A DNA stretch of 64,000 nucleotides from Burkholderiales bacterium (lineage in GTDB: Bacteria > Pseudomonadota > Gammaproteobacteria > Burkholderiales > JACQAP01): the NCBI GenBank assembly GCA_036274775.1, contig DASUFB010000033.1:16426-80425 (forward strand), read 5' to 3'. The notes beneath the pieces were generated by a model. That model worked only from the letters and a program-made list of their open reading frames with translations. It did no database searches and was not told where the DNA came from. The translations under genes and the position numbers were made by a program. Of this stretch, positions 38,676 to 51,622 are shown piece by piece (the stretch's first letter is position 1; every line of letters starts with the position of its first letter).

Positions 38676-38752
38676 AGGACGGCGGGTTTCCGTTTCCCCC
38701 GCGGGCATCCGTCCGCAAGCGGTCGACACGACAGGCGGGATGGGCGCCGCGA

Positions 38753-38780
38753 TTGACATTCGCCGGCGCGCACCCACCTA
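38753..38780 (+). promoter_or_regulatory. candidate sigma32 (heat-shock) promoter of lon
   Basis: aTTGACAt (38753-38758), 14-nt spacer, CCCACCTA (38773-38780), resembling CTTGAAA-N13-15-CCCCATNT. About 30 nt upstream of the lon ATG. Confidence 0.4.
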
Positions 38781-38810
38781 AGACCTATCGATGCCATCTT
38801 TGGATGAAAA

Positions 38811-41222
<2,412 letters not shown>

Positions 41223-41241
41223 CGGCGCATGCCTCGAACGG

Positions 41242-41272
41242 ACGGGAATGCCACGCGCATTCCCGTTTTTTT
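41242..41272 (+). terminator. Rho-independent terminator after lon
   Basis: acgggaatgc-cacgc-gcattcccgt followed by tttttt. Confidence 0.85.
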
Positions 41273-41302
41273 GCGCGCAGCGGGCACGAAGGGCGCCGCG
41301 GC

Positions 41303-41332
41303 TTGACACGCCGAAATTCGCCTTGTTATAAA
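41303..41332 (+). promoter_or_regulatory. sigma70 promoter of hupB
   Basis: TTGACA (41303-41308), 18 nt, TATAAA (41327-41332). Confidence 0.6.
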
Positions 41333-41460
41333 GCACGTCCGGTGCGCAACCCATGACCACCGCCCGCGAGGACATCGCGAAAAGCGGCCCGCCGAGGCCG
41401 GACGCACAAGCCTTTCCGGCCGCACCGACACAATCGAAAGACGACGAAAGGGGAGTTTCC

Positions 41461-41733
41461 GTGAACAAATTCGAACTCATCGAGGCGATCGCAAAGTCTG
41501 CGGACATCTCCAAGGCAGCCGCCACCCGCGCGCTCGATGGCGCGGTGGCCGCGATCCAGGGCTCGCTGAAGAAGGGCTCGATGGTGACGCTGGTGGGCTT
41601 CGGCACGTTCTATGTAGGCAAGCGCGCGGCGCGCAGCGGCCGCAACCCCCGCACCGGCGCGGCGATCAAGATCAAGGCTGCAAAGGTGCCCAAGTTCCGT
41701 GCTGGAAAAGCCCTCAAGGATGCAGTAAACTAG
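41461..41733 (+). CDS. hupB: DNA-binding protein HU-beta
   Basis: GTG start [12 protein letters not shown]... preceded by AAAGGGGA. 90 aa with GFGTF...RNPRTG arm. The longer track ORF is an N-terminal extension. Confidence 0.92.
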   Translation: MNKFELIEAIAKSADISKAAATRALDGAVAAIQGSLKKGSMVTLVGFGTFYVGKRAARSGRNPRTGAAIKIKAAKVPKFRAGKALKDAVN

Positions 41734-41811
41734 CGCGCTTTCGTCAGGCCGCAGCAACCGGTTGCAGCGCGGGCCGGCAGCACGCAACCGACGCCGGGCC
41801 GCGATGGCGCC

Positions 41812-41887
41812 GGGTGCTTAGCTCAGCTGGTAGAGCGTCGCCCTTACAAGGCGAATGTCGGGGGTTCGAGCCCCTCAGCACCCACCA
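41812..41887 (+). tRNA. tRNA-Val (anticodon TAC)
   Basis: GGGTGCTTAGCTCAGCTGGTAGAGC...CCTTACAAGG...GGTTCGAGCCCC...CACCCACCA. 76 nt cloverleaf. Confidence 0.93.
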
Positions 41888-41915
41888 GCGATACTGACGG
41901 GCGAGCAGAAAAGCG

Positions 41916-41992
41916 GGAGTGGTAGTTCAGTTGGTTAGAATACCGGCCTGTCACGCCGGGGGTCGCGGGTTCGAGTCCCGTCCACTCCGCCA
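41916..41992 (+). tRNA. tRNA-Asp (anticodon GTC)
   Basis: GGAGTGGTAGTTCAGTTGGTTAGAATACCGGCCTGTCACGCCGG...GGTTCGAGTCCCGTCCACTCCGCCA. 77 nt. Confidence 0.93.
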
Positions 41993-42024
41993 GTACTCGA
42001 GGAAGTTCGTGGCATGAAGAGCTG

Positions 42025-42054
42025 AAGGCGAACGCAGGTTCGCCTTTTTCGTTT
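42025..42054 (+). terminator. Rho-independent terminator after the tRNA pair
   Basis: aaggcgaac-gcag-gttcgcctt followed by tttcgttt. Confidence 0.8.
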
Positions 42055-42136
42055 GCAGCGCCGCCAGCCGCCGCCGCGGCGGCCCCGCGTTCGGGCATAC
42101 TCTCGGCTGCGCAGGACCCAGGATCCGGAAGAAGCC

Positions 42137-44041
42137 ATGTACGATTTCGTCTACAAGCACAAGCGCTGGCTGCAGATCGCGCTGCTGGTGCTCATCGTTC
42201 CGCCGTTCGCCCTGTTCGGCATCGATTTCTATTTCCGCAACACGGACGCCGGCGGCGGCGTCGCCAAGGTCGGCGATTCGCGCATCTCCGAAGCCGAGTA
42301 CTCGCAGGCGCTGCGTCAGGCCCAGGACAGGATGCGCGAGATGATGCGCGACAATCCGAACCCGGCCATGCTCAACAGCCCGCAGCTTCGGGAGTCGGTG
42401 CTGAACGATCTCATCGAGCGCCGCCTCACGCTGGCGCGCGCCATGGGCAGCGGCATGACGGTTTCCGATGCCGAGTTGCAGAAGATGATCGCCGGCGTGG
42501 CGGCCTTTCACGACGACTCCGGCAAGTTCTCGCGCGAGCGCTACCACCAGCTCCTGCAGGGACAGGGCATGACGCCGGCAGCCTTCGAGAACCAGGCCCG
42601 CAGCAACATCCTGCTCGACCAGGTGCAGGGCATCTACGCAGGCGCCGCCTTCGCGCCCGACTCGGTTGCCGACCGTCTGATCCGGATCCGCGGGCAGGAA
42701 CGGGAAGTGAGCCAGGCGGTATTCAGCCCGGCCGACTACCGCAAGCAGGCCGCCGTGTCCGATGCCGATGCGCAGAAATACTACACGGAGCACAAGAACG
42801 AGTTCCTCGTGCCCGAGCGCGTGCGCGCGGAGTTCGTCGTGCTGTCGCTCGAGGCGTTCCAGCGCAACGTCGCGGTGAGCGACGAGGAGATAAGGAAGGT
42901 CTACGAGGAGAACCTGAGCCGCTACCAGACCGGGGAGGAGCGCCGTGCGAGCCACATCCTGATCGCGGTGGCGGCCTCCGCCACGCCGGCCGAGAGGGCC
43001 GCGGCCAAGGCGCAGGCCGAAGACATCCTCAAGCAGGTCCGGGCGAACCCCAGGAAATTCGGCGAGCTGGCGGCGAAGTTCTCCAAGGACCCCGGCTCGG
43101 CGGAGAAGGGCGGCGACCTCGGCTTCTTCGCGCGCGGCCTCATGGTGAAGCCCTTCGACGACGCCGCGTTCTCCATGAAGGTCGGAGACATCGCCGGGCC
43201 GGTCGAGACGCAGTACGGCTACCACATCATCCGGCTCGACGCGATCAAGCCCACGCAGACCACGCCGCTGGAAGCGGTGCGCGCGCAGATCGTCGAGGAA
43301 ATCCGCAAGCCCAAGGTCTCCAAGGCGTTCGCGGAGGCTGCCGACACCTTCAACAACACGGTCTACGAGCAGTTCGACAGCCTGCAGCCGGTGGCCGACG
43401 CGCTGAAGCTCACCGTGCAGAAAAGCGACTGGGTGAGCCGCACCGGCGGCGCCCAGAACCCGCTGCTCAACAACGACAAGCTGCTCGCGGCGCTGTTCTC
43501 GGACGAGGTCCTGAAGAGCAGGCACAACACCTCGGCCATCGAGGTGCAGCCGAACATGCTGGTGGCGGCGCGCGTGATCGAGCACAAGGACGCCGAAAGC
43601 CTGCCCTTCGAGCAGGTGCGCAAGGACATCGTGCAGCACCTCACCGACCGCGCGGCCGTCGCGCTGGCGGAAAAGGGGGGGCGCGCGGTCCTGGAGAAGC
43701 TCTCCAGGGGCGAGGCGGTGGCCGAGAAATGGTCGCCGCCGCAGACGGTGACGCTGCAGAAGCGACAGGGCCTGCATCCCGAGGCGGCGCAGTCGGTGTT
43801 CGGCGCCGATACCTCGAAGCTTCCCGCCTACGTGGGCGTTGCGGTCGCCGACGGCCGCTACGTGATCTACCGGATCAGCAAGGTCAGGGACGTGACGGAG
43901 GTCAGCGCCGACCAGCGCAAGGCGCTGGCGAAGCAGCTCGCGCAGATGCTCGGCCAGGAGCAGTACATCGCCTACCTCGCCACGCTGCGGGAGCGCGCCG
44001 ACGTCAAGATCGACAGGAAGAAGCTGGATCAGGGATCCTGA
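42137..44041 (+). CDS. ppiD: periplasmic chaperone / peptidyl-prolyl isomerase PpiD
   Basis: MYDFVYKHKRWLQIALLVLIVPPFALFG N-terminal anchor. Parvulin block GDLGFFARGLMVKPFDDAAF...GYHII. Confidence 0.9.
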   Translation: MYDFVYKHKRWLQIALLVLIVPPFALFGIDFYFRNTDAGGGVAKVGDSRISEAEYSQALRQAQDRMREMMRDNPNPAMLNSPQLRESVLNDLIERRLTLARAMGSGMTVSDAELQKMIAGVAAFHDDSGKFSRERYHQLLQGQGMTPAAFENQARSNILLDQVQGIYAGAAFAPDSVADRLIRIRGQEREVSQAVFSPADYRKQAAVSDADAQKYYTEHKNEFLVPERVRAEFVVLSLEAFQRNVAVSDEEIRKVYEENLSRYQTGEERRASHILIAVAASATPAERAAAKAQAEDILKQVRANPRKFGELAAKFSKDPGSAEKGGDLGFFARGLMVKPFDDAAFSMKVGDIAGPVETQYGYHIIRLDAIKPTQTTPLEAVRAQIVEEIRKPKVSKAFAEAADTFNNTVYEQFDSLQPVADALKLTVQKSDWVSRTGGAQNPLLNNDKLLAALFSDEVLKSRHNTSAIEVQPNMLVAARVIEHKDAESLPFEQVRKDIVQHLTDRAAVALAEKGGRAVLEKLSRGEAVAEKWSPPQTVTLQKRQGLHPEAAQSVFGADTSKLPAYVGVAVADGRYVIYRISKVRDVTEVSADQRKALAKQLAQMLGQEQYIAYLATLRERADVKIDRKKLDQGS

Positions 44042-44219
44042 AGGCCGTGAATGCGTGAATATCGTGAATGTCGTGAATACGTGAAAATACCGGCCAGAGA
44101 TTTCAGTGCAGGCTGAAGTCCGGCGGGCGGAAGCCCGATCAACGCTACGCCGGAGCTGATGTCGATGCGGAGCCCTGGGCTTCTGCGATATTCACGGTAT
44201 TCACGGTATTCACGGCTTC
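44040..44219. repeat. tandem-unit hairpin element, copy A3 (CGTGAATN units)
   Basis: Left arm has 5 units (gtgaatg/gtgaata/gtgaatg/gtgaata/gtgaaaa, 44040-44091). Right arm has 3 units (atattcacggtattcacggtattcacggcttc, 44185-44219). 93-nt centre. Bounded by the ppiD stop and the fabI stop. Confidence 0.88.
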
Positions 44220-45004
44220 TATTCGATCTGCCCCACCGCCGCGGTGTTGAACCCGGCATCCACGTAGGTGATCTCGCCGGTGATGCCGCTCGCGAGGTCG
44301 CTGCACAGGAATGCGGCGGCGTTGCCGACCTCGTCGATGGTGACGTTGCGGCGCAGCGGCGATTGCTTTTCGGCGAAGGCCAGCAGCTTGCCGAAGCTGC
44401 CGATCCCGGCGGCGGCAAGCGTCTTGATCGGGCCGGCCGAAACCGCGTTCACGCGGATGCCTTTCGGCCCGAGGCTTTGCGCCATGTAGCGCACGTTCGC
44501 CTCCAGGCTGGCCTTGGCGAGCCCCATGACGTTGTAGCTCGGGAAGGAGCGCTCCGCGCCGAGATAGGTCAGGGTCAGCAGGGCTGCCTTGCGTCCCTGC
44601 ATCATGGGCAGGCCGGCCTTGGCGAGCGCCGCGAAGCTGTAGGAGCTCACGTCGTGGGCGATGCGGAAAGCCTCCCGGCTGACCGAATCGAGGTAATCGC
44701 CGGCGAGCGCCTCGCGCGGTGCGAAAGCGATCGAATGGATGATCCCGTCGAGGCCGTCCCAGCTGCCGCCGAGCGCTGCGAACAGGGCGTCGATCTCCGT
44801 GTCGCTGGACACGTCGCAGGGCAGGACCAGGTTGCTGCCGAACTCCGCGGCAAGCTCCACCACGCGATCCTTGACGCGTTCGCCCTGGTAGCTGAAGGCA
44901 AGGCGCGCTCCCTCCCGGTGCATGGCCCTGGCGATGCCGTAGGCGATCGAGCGGTTGCTCAGCAGCCCGGTGATCAGGATGTTCTTGTTCTGCAGAAACG
45001 CCAT
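44219..45004 (-). CDS. fabI: enoyl-[acyl-carrier-protein] reductase (NADH) FabI
   Basis: 261 aa. [13 protein letters not shown]...SIAYGIA and Y...K catalytic pattern. Confidence 0.95.
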   Translation of the reverse strand: MAFLQNKNILITGLLSNRSIAYGIARAMHREGARLAFSYQGERVKDRVVELAAEFGSNLVLPCDVSSDTEIDALFAALGGSWDGLDGIIHSIAFAPREALAGDYLDSVSREAFRIAHDVSSYSFAALAKAGLPMMQGRKAALLTLTYLGAERSFPSYNVMGLAKASLEANVRYMAQSLGPKGIRVNAVSAGPIKTLAAAGIGSFGKLLAFAEKQSPLRRNVTIDEVGNAAAFLCSDLASGITGEITYVDAGFNTAAVGQIE

Positions 45005-45134
45005 GCTTTGGTTCCCCCTCGTAGGCCCAACGCATTATAGCGAAACCCTCCTGCGCGTCGCTGCCGTGCAGCAAGCGAAAAAGCCGGGCCGGCGCCGTTA
45101 ACCGGCGAAGGGTATTCCGCTACACTCTGCCGCG

Positions 45135-47288
45135 ATGAGAAGCCTGGTCGCAATCGTGGCGCTCGTGCTGGGAGGCTGCAGCGGGCCCTGGAACAATCCC
45201 TATCCCGCGGGCGAGTCCGGCAAGAACATCCTGTATTCGTCGTTTCCCGAGCGTCCCAAGCACCTGGATCCGGTGCAGTCCTACGCGGAGAACGAGGCGG
45301 TATTCACGGCGCAGATCTACATGCCGCCGCTGCAGTACCACTACCTCAAGCGGCCCTACGAGCTCACCACGCTGGCGGCAACCGAGGTGCCCAGCCCGAC
45401 CTACCTCGATGCGGCCGGGCACCGGTTGCCCGACACGGCGCCGGGCGACAAGGTCGCCTTCAGCGAATACGAGATCCGCATCCGCCCCGGCATCCTGTAC
45501 CAGCCGCATCCGGCGCTCGCGAAGGACGAGGCCGGGCATTATCGCTACCACAACCTGCGCAGGGAAGACCTCAAGGGCGTCTACGAGCTGCGGGATTTCA
45601 AGTACACGGGCACGCGCGAGCTCACGGCCGACGACTATGCGTTCCAGATCCGGCGGCTCGCGCATCCCAGGCTGCATTCGCCGATCTTCGGGCTGATCAG
45701 CGAGTACATCGTCGGCCTGAAGGACTACGCCGCGAAGCTGCAGCAGGCCGCGAAGACGCTGCCGCCGGACGGCTATCTGGACCTCATGCAGTTTCCGCTG
45801 GAGGGCGTGCAGGTCGTCGACAGCCACACCTACCGCATCCGGCTCAAGGGCAAGTATCCGCAGTTCGTCTACTGGCTGGCGATGCCGTTCTTCGCTCCGG
45901 TGCCCTGGGAGGCGGAGAAGTTCTACTCGCAGCCCGGCATGACCGAAGGCAAGAACCTTTCGCTCGACTGGTATCCCATCGGCACGGGTGCGTACATGCT
46001 CACGGTGAACGATCCGAACCGCATCATGGTCATGGAGCGCAACCCGAACTTCGCCGGCGAGCCGTACCCGTCGGAAGGCGAGGCCGGAGACAGGGAAGCC
46101 GGCCTGCTCGACGACGCCGGCAAGATGATGCCCTTCGTCGACAAGGCCGTGTTCAGCCTGGAGAAGGAAAGCATCCCGTACTGGAACAAGTTTCTGCAGG
46201 GCTATTACGACGCCTCCGGCATCGCCTCGGACAACTTCGACCAGACCATCCAGATCGGGTCGGGGGGGGAGGTGATGCTGGCCGACGCGATGCAGGAGCA
46301 GGGCATCCGCCTGCAGACCTCGGTGGCGACCTCGGTCATGTACATGGGCTTCAACATGCTCGATCCCGTGGTGGGCGGGGACTCGGAGCGCGCGCGCAAG
46401 CTGCGCCAGGCCATCTCCATCGCCATCGATCAGGAGGAGTTCATCTCGATCTTCGCCAACGGCCGGGGCATCGCGGGACAGGGGCCGATTCCGCCGGGCA
46501 TCTTCGGCTACCGCGATGGCAGGGAAGGCATGAATTCGTACGTCTACGACTGGGTCGACGGCAGGCCGCAGCGCAAGTCAAACGAATACGCGAAAAAGCT
46601 GCTGGCCGAGGCGGGCTACCCCGACGGCATCGACAAGGCCACGGGCAAGCCCCTGGTGGTCTACTTCGATACGACGCTGGCCGGTGTCGGCGGCAAGTCC
46701 CGCATCGACTGGCTGACGCGGGAATTCCAGAAAATCGACCTGCAGCTCGTCGTGCGCAACAGCGACTTCAACCGCTTCCAGGACAAGATCCGCAAGGGCA
46801 CGGCGCAACTGTTCTTCTTCGGCTGGAACGCGGACTACCCGGACCCAGAGAACTTCCTGTTCCTGCTTTACGGTCCGCAAGCGCGCACGAAAGGCGGAGA
46901 GAACGCGGCCAACTACCAGAACGCGGAATACGACCGCCTGTTCGAGCGCGTGCAGGTCATGGCAAACGGCCCCGAGCGCCAGGGGGTCATCGACCGCATG
47001 GTCGAGATCCTGCGCCGGGACGCGCCCTGGGTGTACATGCTCTATCCCAAGGACTACACGCTGGCGCACGCCTGGGTGCACAACCGCAAGCCCAACAAGA
47101 TGGCCAACAACGGGTTGAAGTACCAGCGCATAGATCCGGCGCTGCGCGAGCGCATGCGCGCGCAGTGGAACCGCCCCGTGCTCTGGCCGATCGCGGCGCT
47201 CGCCGCGCTGCTCGGCCTCGCGCTGGCGCCGGCCGTGAGGTCCTACCGCCGGCGCGAGCGCTCGCGCGGCAGGCTGCAGGCGGCATGA
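45135..47288 (+). CDS. ABC transporter substrate-binding protein (family 5, YejA-like), lipoprotein with an extra C-terminal TM helix
   Basis: Lipobox LVLGGC|SG. SBP_bac_5-type body. C-terminal VLWPIAALAALLGLALAPAV followed by RSYRRRERSRGR. Confidence 0.8.
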   Translation: MRSLVAIVALVLGGCSGPWNNPYPAGESGKNILYSSFPERPKHLDPVQSYAENEAVFTAQIYMPPLQYHYLKRPYELTTLAATEVPSPTYLDAAGHRLPDTAPGDKVAFSEYEIRIRPGILYQPHPALAKDEAGHYRYHNLRREDLKGVYELRDFKYTGTRELTADDYAFQIRRLAHPRLHSPIFGLISEYIVGLKDYAAKLQQAAKTLPPDGYLDLMQFPLEGVQVVDSHTYRIRLKGKYPQFVYWLAMPFFAPVPWEAEKFYSQPGMTEGKNLSLDWYPIGTGAYMLTVNDPNRIMVMERNPNFAGEPYPSEGEAGDREAGLLDDAGKMMPFVDKAVFSLEKESIPYWNKFLQGYYDASGIASDNFDQTIQIGSGGEVMLADAMQEQGIRLQTSVATSVMYMGFNMLDPVVGGDSERARKLRQAISIAIDQEEFISIFANGRGIAGQGPIPPGIFGYRDGREGMNSYVYDWVDGRPQRKSNEYAKKLLAEAGYPDGIDKATGKPLVVYFDTTLAGVGGKSRIDWLTREFQKIDLQLVVRNSDFNRFQDKIRKGTAQLFFFGWNADYPDPENFLFLLYGPQARTKGGENAANYQNAEYDRLFERVQVMANGPERQGVIDRMVEILRRDAPWVYMLYPKDYTLAHAWVHNRKPNKMANNGLKYQRIDPALRERMRAQWNRPVLWPIAALAALLGLALAPAVRSYRRRERSRGRLQAA

Positions 47289-47298
47289 GGACCGATCC

Positions 47299-48276
47299 GT
47301 GACCGCCTACCTGCTGCGCCGCGTGCTCTACGCCGTGCCCATCCTCGTCGGCGTGAACGTGCTGACCTTCCTGCTTTTCTTCGTGGTCAACTCGCCGGAC
47401 GACATGGCGCGCATGCAGCTCGGGCAGAAGCGCGTGAGCGACGAGGCCGTGCTGAGGTGGAAGCAGGAGCGCGGCTACGACAAGCCGGCCTTCTTCAACG
47501 CCGACGCGCGGGGCGCCGGCAAGCTGACCGACACCATATTCTTCGAGAAGTCGGTCCCGCTGTTCTGGTTCGACTTCGGCCACGCCGAGGACGGCCGCGA
47601 CATCGCGCACGAGATCTCGAGGCGCATGATGCCGAGCCTCGCCATCGCGCTGCCGGTGTTCGTCGTGGGGTTGCTGACCTTCATCACCTTCGCGCTGCTG
47701 ATGGCCTTCTTCCGCGCGACCTACGTGGATCTGGTGGGCGTGCTGCTGTGCATCGTGGCGATGTCGATCTCGGGCCTGTTCTACATCATCGGCGGGCAGT
47801 ACCTCGTGGCCAAGCTGTGGAGCCTCGTGCCGATCTCGGGCTACGCCACGGGACTGGGTGCGTGGAGGTTCCTGGTGCTGCCGGTGATCATCGGCATCGT
47901 CGGCGGCGTGGGCGCGAGCGCGCGCTGGTACCGGACCATATTCCTCGAGGAAATCAACCGCGACTACGTGCGCACCGCGCGCGCGAAGGGCCTGTCGGAA
48001 TGGCGCGTGATGTTCCGGCACGTGCTGCAGAACGCCATGATTCCCATCCTGACCGGCGCCGTCGTCGCCCTCCCGCTGCTGTTCCTCGGCAGCCTGATCA
48101 CCGAATCCTTCTTCGCGATCCCGGGACTGGGCAGCTACACGATCGACGCGATCTCGAGCCAGGACTTCATGGTGGTGCGCGCCATGGTCTTCCTCGGCGC
48201 CGTGCTCTACATCGTCGGCCTGGTGCTGACCGACATTTCGTACACGCTCGCGGACCCGCGCATCCGGCTGCAATGA
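47299..48276 (+). CDS. ABC transporter permease (DppB/YejB-like)
   Basis: GTG start VTAYLLRRVLYAVPILVGVNVLTF. EAA-type loop DYVRTARAKGLSE. Confidence 0.88.
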   Translation: MTAYLLRRVLYAVPILVGVNVLTFLLFFVVNSPDDMARMQLGQKRVSDEAVLRWKQERGYDKPAFFNADARGAGKLTDTIFFEKSVPLFWFDFGHAEDGRDIAHEISRRMMPSLAIALPVFVVGLLTFITFALLMAFFRATYVDLVGVLLCIVAMSISGLFYIIGGQYLVAKLWSLVPISGYATGLGAWRFLVLPVIIGIVGGVGASARWYRTIFLEEINRDYVRTARAKGLSEWRVMFRHVLQNAMIPILTGAVVALPLLFLGSLITESFFAIPGLGSYTIDAISSQDFMVVRAMVFLGAVLYIVGLVLTDISYTLADPRIRLQ

Positions 48277-49739
48277 TGAACGCCTTCATGCCCGTCGTGC
48301 TGACCACCGATGCGCTGATCTTCGTGCTCATCGCAGTGGTGGCCGCATCGGCCTGGCACATCGGCCGGCACGAGCACCTGCTCGCGCCCTGGCGCAGGGT
48401 CGCGCACAGCCGCGGCGGCATGGTTGCGGCAGTGATCCTGGCCGTCTTCGTCGTTGTCGGCCTGCTCGATTCGCTGCACTTCCGGCCGCGCCTGCCGGGC
48501 GAGGCGGGCGGCAAGGTCAACTACGCAGTGGACGTGGCTTCGGTGCTCGACGTGATCGCGGCACCGCTGCGCGACAGGCGCGAAAAGACCTATTCGGCGC
48601 CGCTGGCCGCGCACCTGCTCTCCAAGGAGACGGTGACGATGCCCGACGGCACGGAAGCCCGGGTATTTCCGCGCCTGATGTACGGCGGCTCCCACCTGAA
48701 GGATCCGGAGAGCGAGCGCGGCCCCGACATCGCGAAGCGGCTCGTCGCCGGGGTCGCCGTGGCGGCGCTCACGTGGAACGCGCTGCTGCTCGTCGCGGTC
48801 CTGTGGCTGTCGCAGCGGCACGGGCACAAGGTCAGGCGGACGTGGTCCGCGATCTGGCGTGGGGAGACCGCCGTGCCGTGGCGCGAGATGCTGGTCACGG
48901 CCGGCCTGCTGTGCCTGGTGATCGCGCCCATGCTGGTGCTGGCCGCGAAGTACCACGTGCTGGGCACCGACAAGGTCGGCCAGGACGTGTTCTACCTGAC
49001 GCTCAAGAGCATCCGCACCGGGCTGGTCATCGGCACGCTGACCACGCTGGTCATGCTGCCGTTCGCGCTGCTGTTCGGCATCCTGGCCGGCTACCTGCGC
49101 GGCTGGGTCGACGACGTCATCCAGTACGTGTACACCACGCTCAACTCCATTCCCGGCGTGCTGCTGATCGCGGCCTCCGTGCTGATCCTGCAGGGCGTCA
49201 TCGACCGCCACCAGGAATGGTTCCAGACCTCGAGCGAGCGCGCCGACGCGCGCCTGTTCCTGCTGTGCATGATCCTCGGCGTCACGAGCTGGACCGGGCT
49301 GTGCCGGCTGCTGCGCGGGGAGTCGCTCAAGCTGCGCGAGCTCGACTACATCCAGGCCGCGCGCGCCTTCGGCGTGTCCGACGCGAGGATCGTCGCCCGC
49401 CACATCCTGCCCAACGTCATGCACATCGTGCTCATCGCCATCGTCATGGACTTCAGCGGGCTGATCCTGGCCGAGGCGGTGCTGTCCTACGTCGGCGTTG
49501 GCGTCGATCCCTCGATGAACAGCTTCGGCACCATGATCAACGCCGCGCGCATGGAGATGGCGCGCGATCCCATGGTCTGGTGGTCGCTCGCGTCGGCCTT
49601 CGCGTTCATGCTGCTGCTGGTGCTGTCGGCCAACCTGTTCGCGGACGCCGTGCGCGATGCCTTCGATCCGCGCATCCGCGGCCGGGTGGCGACGCCGGGC
49701 TTCCTGTCCAAGTACCTGCCGGCTTTCCCGAGACGCTGA
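48273..49739 (+). CDS. ABC transporter permease (DppC/YejE-like) with a long N-terminal extension
   Basis: MMNAFMPVV start overlaps the previous stop. About 190 extra N-terminal residues precede the conserved permease core (LDYIQAARAFGVSDARI). Confidence 0.85.
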   Translation: MMNAFMPVVLTTDALIFVLIAVVAASAWHIGRHEHLLAPWRRVAHSRGGMVAAVILAVFVVVGLLDSLHFRPRLPGEAGGKVNYAVDVASVLDVIAAPLRDRREKTYSAPLAAHLLSKETVTMPDGTEARVFPRLMYGGSHLKDPESERGPDIAKRLVAGVAVAALTWNALLLVAVLWLSQRHGHKVRRTWSAIWRGETAVPWREMLVTAGLLCLVIAPMLVLAAKYHVLGTDKVGQDVFYLTLKSIRTGLVIGTLTTLVMLPFALLFGILAGYLRGWVDDVIQYVYTTLNSIPGVLLIAASVLILQGVIDRHQEWFQTSSERADARLFLLCMILGVTSWTGLCRLLRGESLKLRELDYIQAARAFGVSDARIVARHILPNVMHIVLIAIVMDFSGLILAEAVLSYVGVGVDPSMNSFGTMINAARMEMARDPMVWWSLASAFAFMLLLVLSANLFADAVRDAFDPRIRGRVATPGFLSKYLPAFPRR

Positions 49740-49744
49740 CGGCC

Positions 49745-51601
49745 ATGTCATCCCCCGTCCTGCAGGTCGACGGCCTGCGCACCTGGCTCACGGGCAGCGA
49801 AGGCCTCGTGCGCGCAGTCGACGGGGTGTCCTTCAGCGTCGCGCGCGGCGAGACCTTCGCCCTGCTGGGCGAGTCGGGCTGCGGCAAGTCCATGACGGCC
49901 CTGTCGATCGCGCGCCTGCTGCCGGACACCGGGCACATCGTCTCGGGGACGGTGCGTCTCGACGGCGAGGATCTGCTGCAGTTGCCGGAGGCGGCCATGC
50001 GCGACGTGCGCGGCAGCCGCATCGGCATGATCTTCCAGGAGCCCGGAACCAGCCTGAACCCGGTCATGACGGTGGGTGCGCAGATCGCCGAGGTGATCGA
50101 GCGTCATACGACCTTGCGCCGCGGCGACGCGCGGACGCGCACGCTCGATCTGCTCGAGGCGGTCGGCCTGCCGGACCCGAAGAGCCGCGTGGGGGAATAT
50201 CCGTTTCAGCTCTCCGGCGGCATGAAGCAGCGCGTCATGATCGCCATCGCGCTCGCCTGCGAGCCGCGCCTGCTGATCGCCGACGAGCCCACTACCGCGC
50301 TGGACGTGACCATCCAGGCCCAGGTCCTGTCGCTGCTGCGGCGCCTGCAGCAGAAGATGGGCATGTCGATTCTGCTCATCACGCACGACCTCGGCGTGGT
50401 CGCCGAAATGGCCCATCACGTCGCCGTGATGTACGCGGGCGAGATCGTGGAATCGGCGTCGAGGGAGGCCTTCTTCCGCAATCCGGCGCATCCCTACTCG
50501 CGCAAGCTGTTCGCCTCGCTGCCCGACCGCCAGGCCGGGGACCGCATGCTCGCCGTGATCGGCGGCCGTGTGCCGTCGCTCGCGACCGAATTCGCGGGCT
50601 GCCGCTTTGCCGACCGCTGCGACTACGCCTGGTCGCTCTGCCGCGAGGCGGCGCCGGGATGGAGCGAGGCGGAGCCCGCGCACGGCGTGCGCTGCCACCT
50701 GTTCGGCGGGTCGCCCGAAGCACTGGCCAGCGAAGTCAGGCTGCCGGCCGGGGAGGCCGGTGCGCCGGCCGCGTGCGCGCCGGCGCACCCGGAGGCTGAC
50801 CGGCCCCTGCTGAGCGTCCGCGACCTCAAGGTCCATTTCCCCGTCCGCCAGGGCGTGTTCAAGCGCGTGGTCGGCCACGTGAAAGCCGTGGACGGCGTGT
50901 CGCTTACCTTGCGCGCCGGGCGCACGCTCGCGCTGGTGGGCGAGTCCGGCTCCGGCAAGACCACCGTGGGCAAGGGCATCATGAAGCTGCTGCCGCTGGC
51001 CGGCGGCAGCGTGAGCTTCGAGGGCGTGGACCTCGCGTCGCTGTCCGGCGCGGCGCTGCGGCAGCACCGGTGCGACTACCAGATGATCTTCCAGGATCCG
51101 TACGGCTCGCTCAACCCGCGCATGCGCGTGACCGACATCGTCGAGGAAGGCATGCTGGCGCTGGGCATAGGCGGCGACGCCAGGTCGCGCGCGGCGCGGG
51201 TGGAGGCGCTGCTCGCCCAGGTGGGCCTCGGCGCCGAGATGAAATACCGCTATCCGCACGAGTTCTCCGGCGGGCAGCGCCAGCGCATCGCGATCGCGCG
51301 CGCGCTGGCGGTCGAGCCGAAGCTCATCGTCTGCGACGAGCCCACCAGCGCCCTGGACGTATCGGTGCAGGCGCAGATCCTGAACCTGCTGCGTGAGCTG
51401 CAGGGCCGGCTTTGCATCGCCTACCTGTTCATCACGCACAACATGTCCGTGGTGGAGTACCTCGCCGACGAGGTCGCAGTCATGTACCTCGGCAGGGTCG
51501 TCGAGCAGGGCAGCGCGCAGGAGGTGCTGCGGCGGCCGCAGCACGATTACACGAAGACGCTGCTTGCTGCCGTGCCGCGCGTGGGTGCGGCACGGAGCTG
51601 A
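49745..51601 (+). CDS. ABC transporter ATP-binding protein, duplicated ATPase (YejF-like)
   Basis: Two Walker A sites ([16 protein letters not shown]) and two LSGG signatures in a single 618-aa chain. Confidence 0.9.
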   Translation: MSSPVLQVDGLRTWLTGSEGLVRAVDGVSFSVARGETFALLGESGCGKSMTALSIARLLPDTGHIVSGTVRLDGEDLLQLPEAAMRDVRGSRIGMIFQEPGTSLNPVMTVGAQIAEVIERHTTLRRGDARTRTLDLLEAVGLPDPKSRVGEYPFQLSGGMKQRVMIAIALACEPRLLIADEPTTALDVTIQAQVLSLLRRLQQKMGMSILLITHDLGVVAEMAHHVAVMYAGEIVESASREAFFRNPAHPYSRKLFASLPDRQAGDRMLAVIGGRVPSLATEFAGCRFADRCDYAWSLCREAAPGWSEAEPAHGVRCHLFGGSPEALASEVRLPAGEAGAPAACAPAHPEADRPLLSVRDLKVHFPVRQGVFKRVVGHVKAVDGVSLTLRAGRTLALVGESGSGKTTVGKGIMKLLPLAGGSVSFEGVDLASLSGAALRQHRCDYQMIFQDPYGSLNPRMRVTDIVEEGMLALGIGGDARSRAARVEALLAQVGLGAEMKYRYPHEFSGGQRQRIAIARALAVEPKLIVCDEPTSALDVSVQAQILNLLRELQGRLCIAYLFITHNMSVVEYLADEVAVMYLGRVVEQGSAQEVLRRPQHDYTKTLLAAVPRVGAARS

Positions 51602-51622
51602 GCGCGGCGGTACGCCGCGCTT

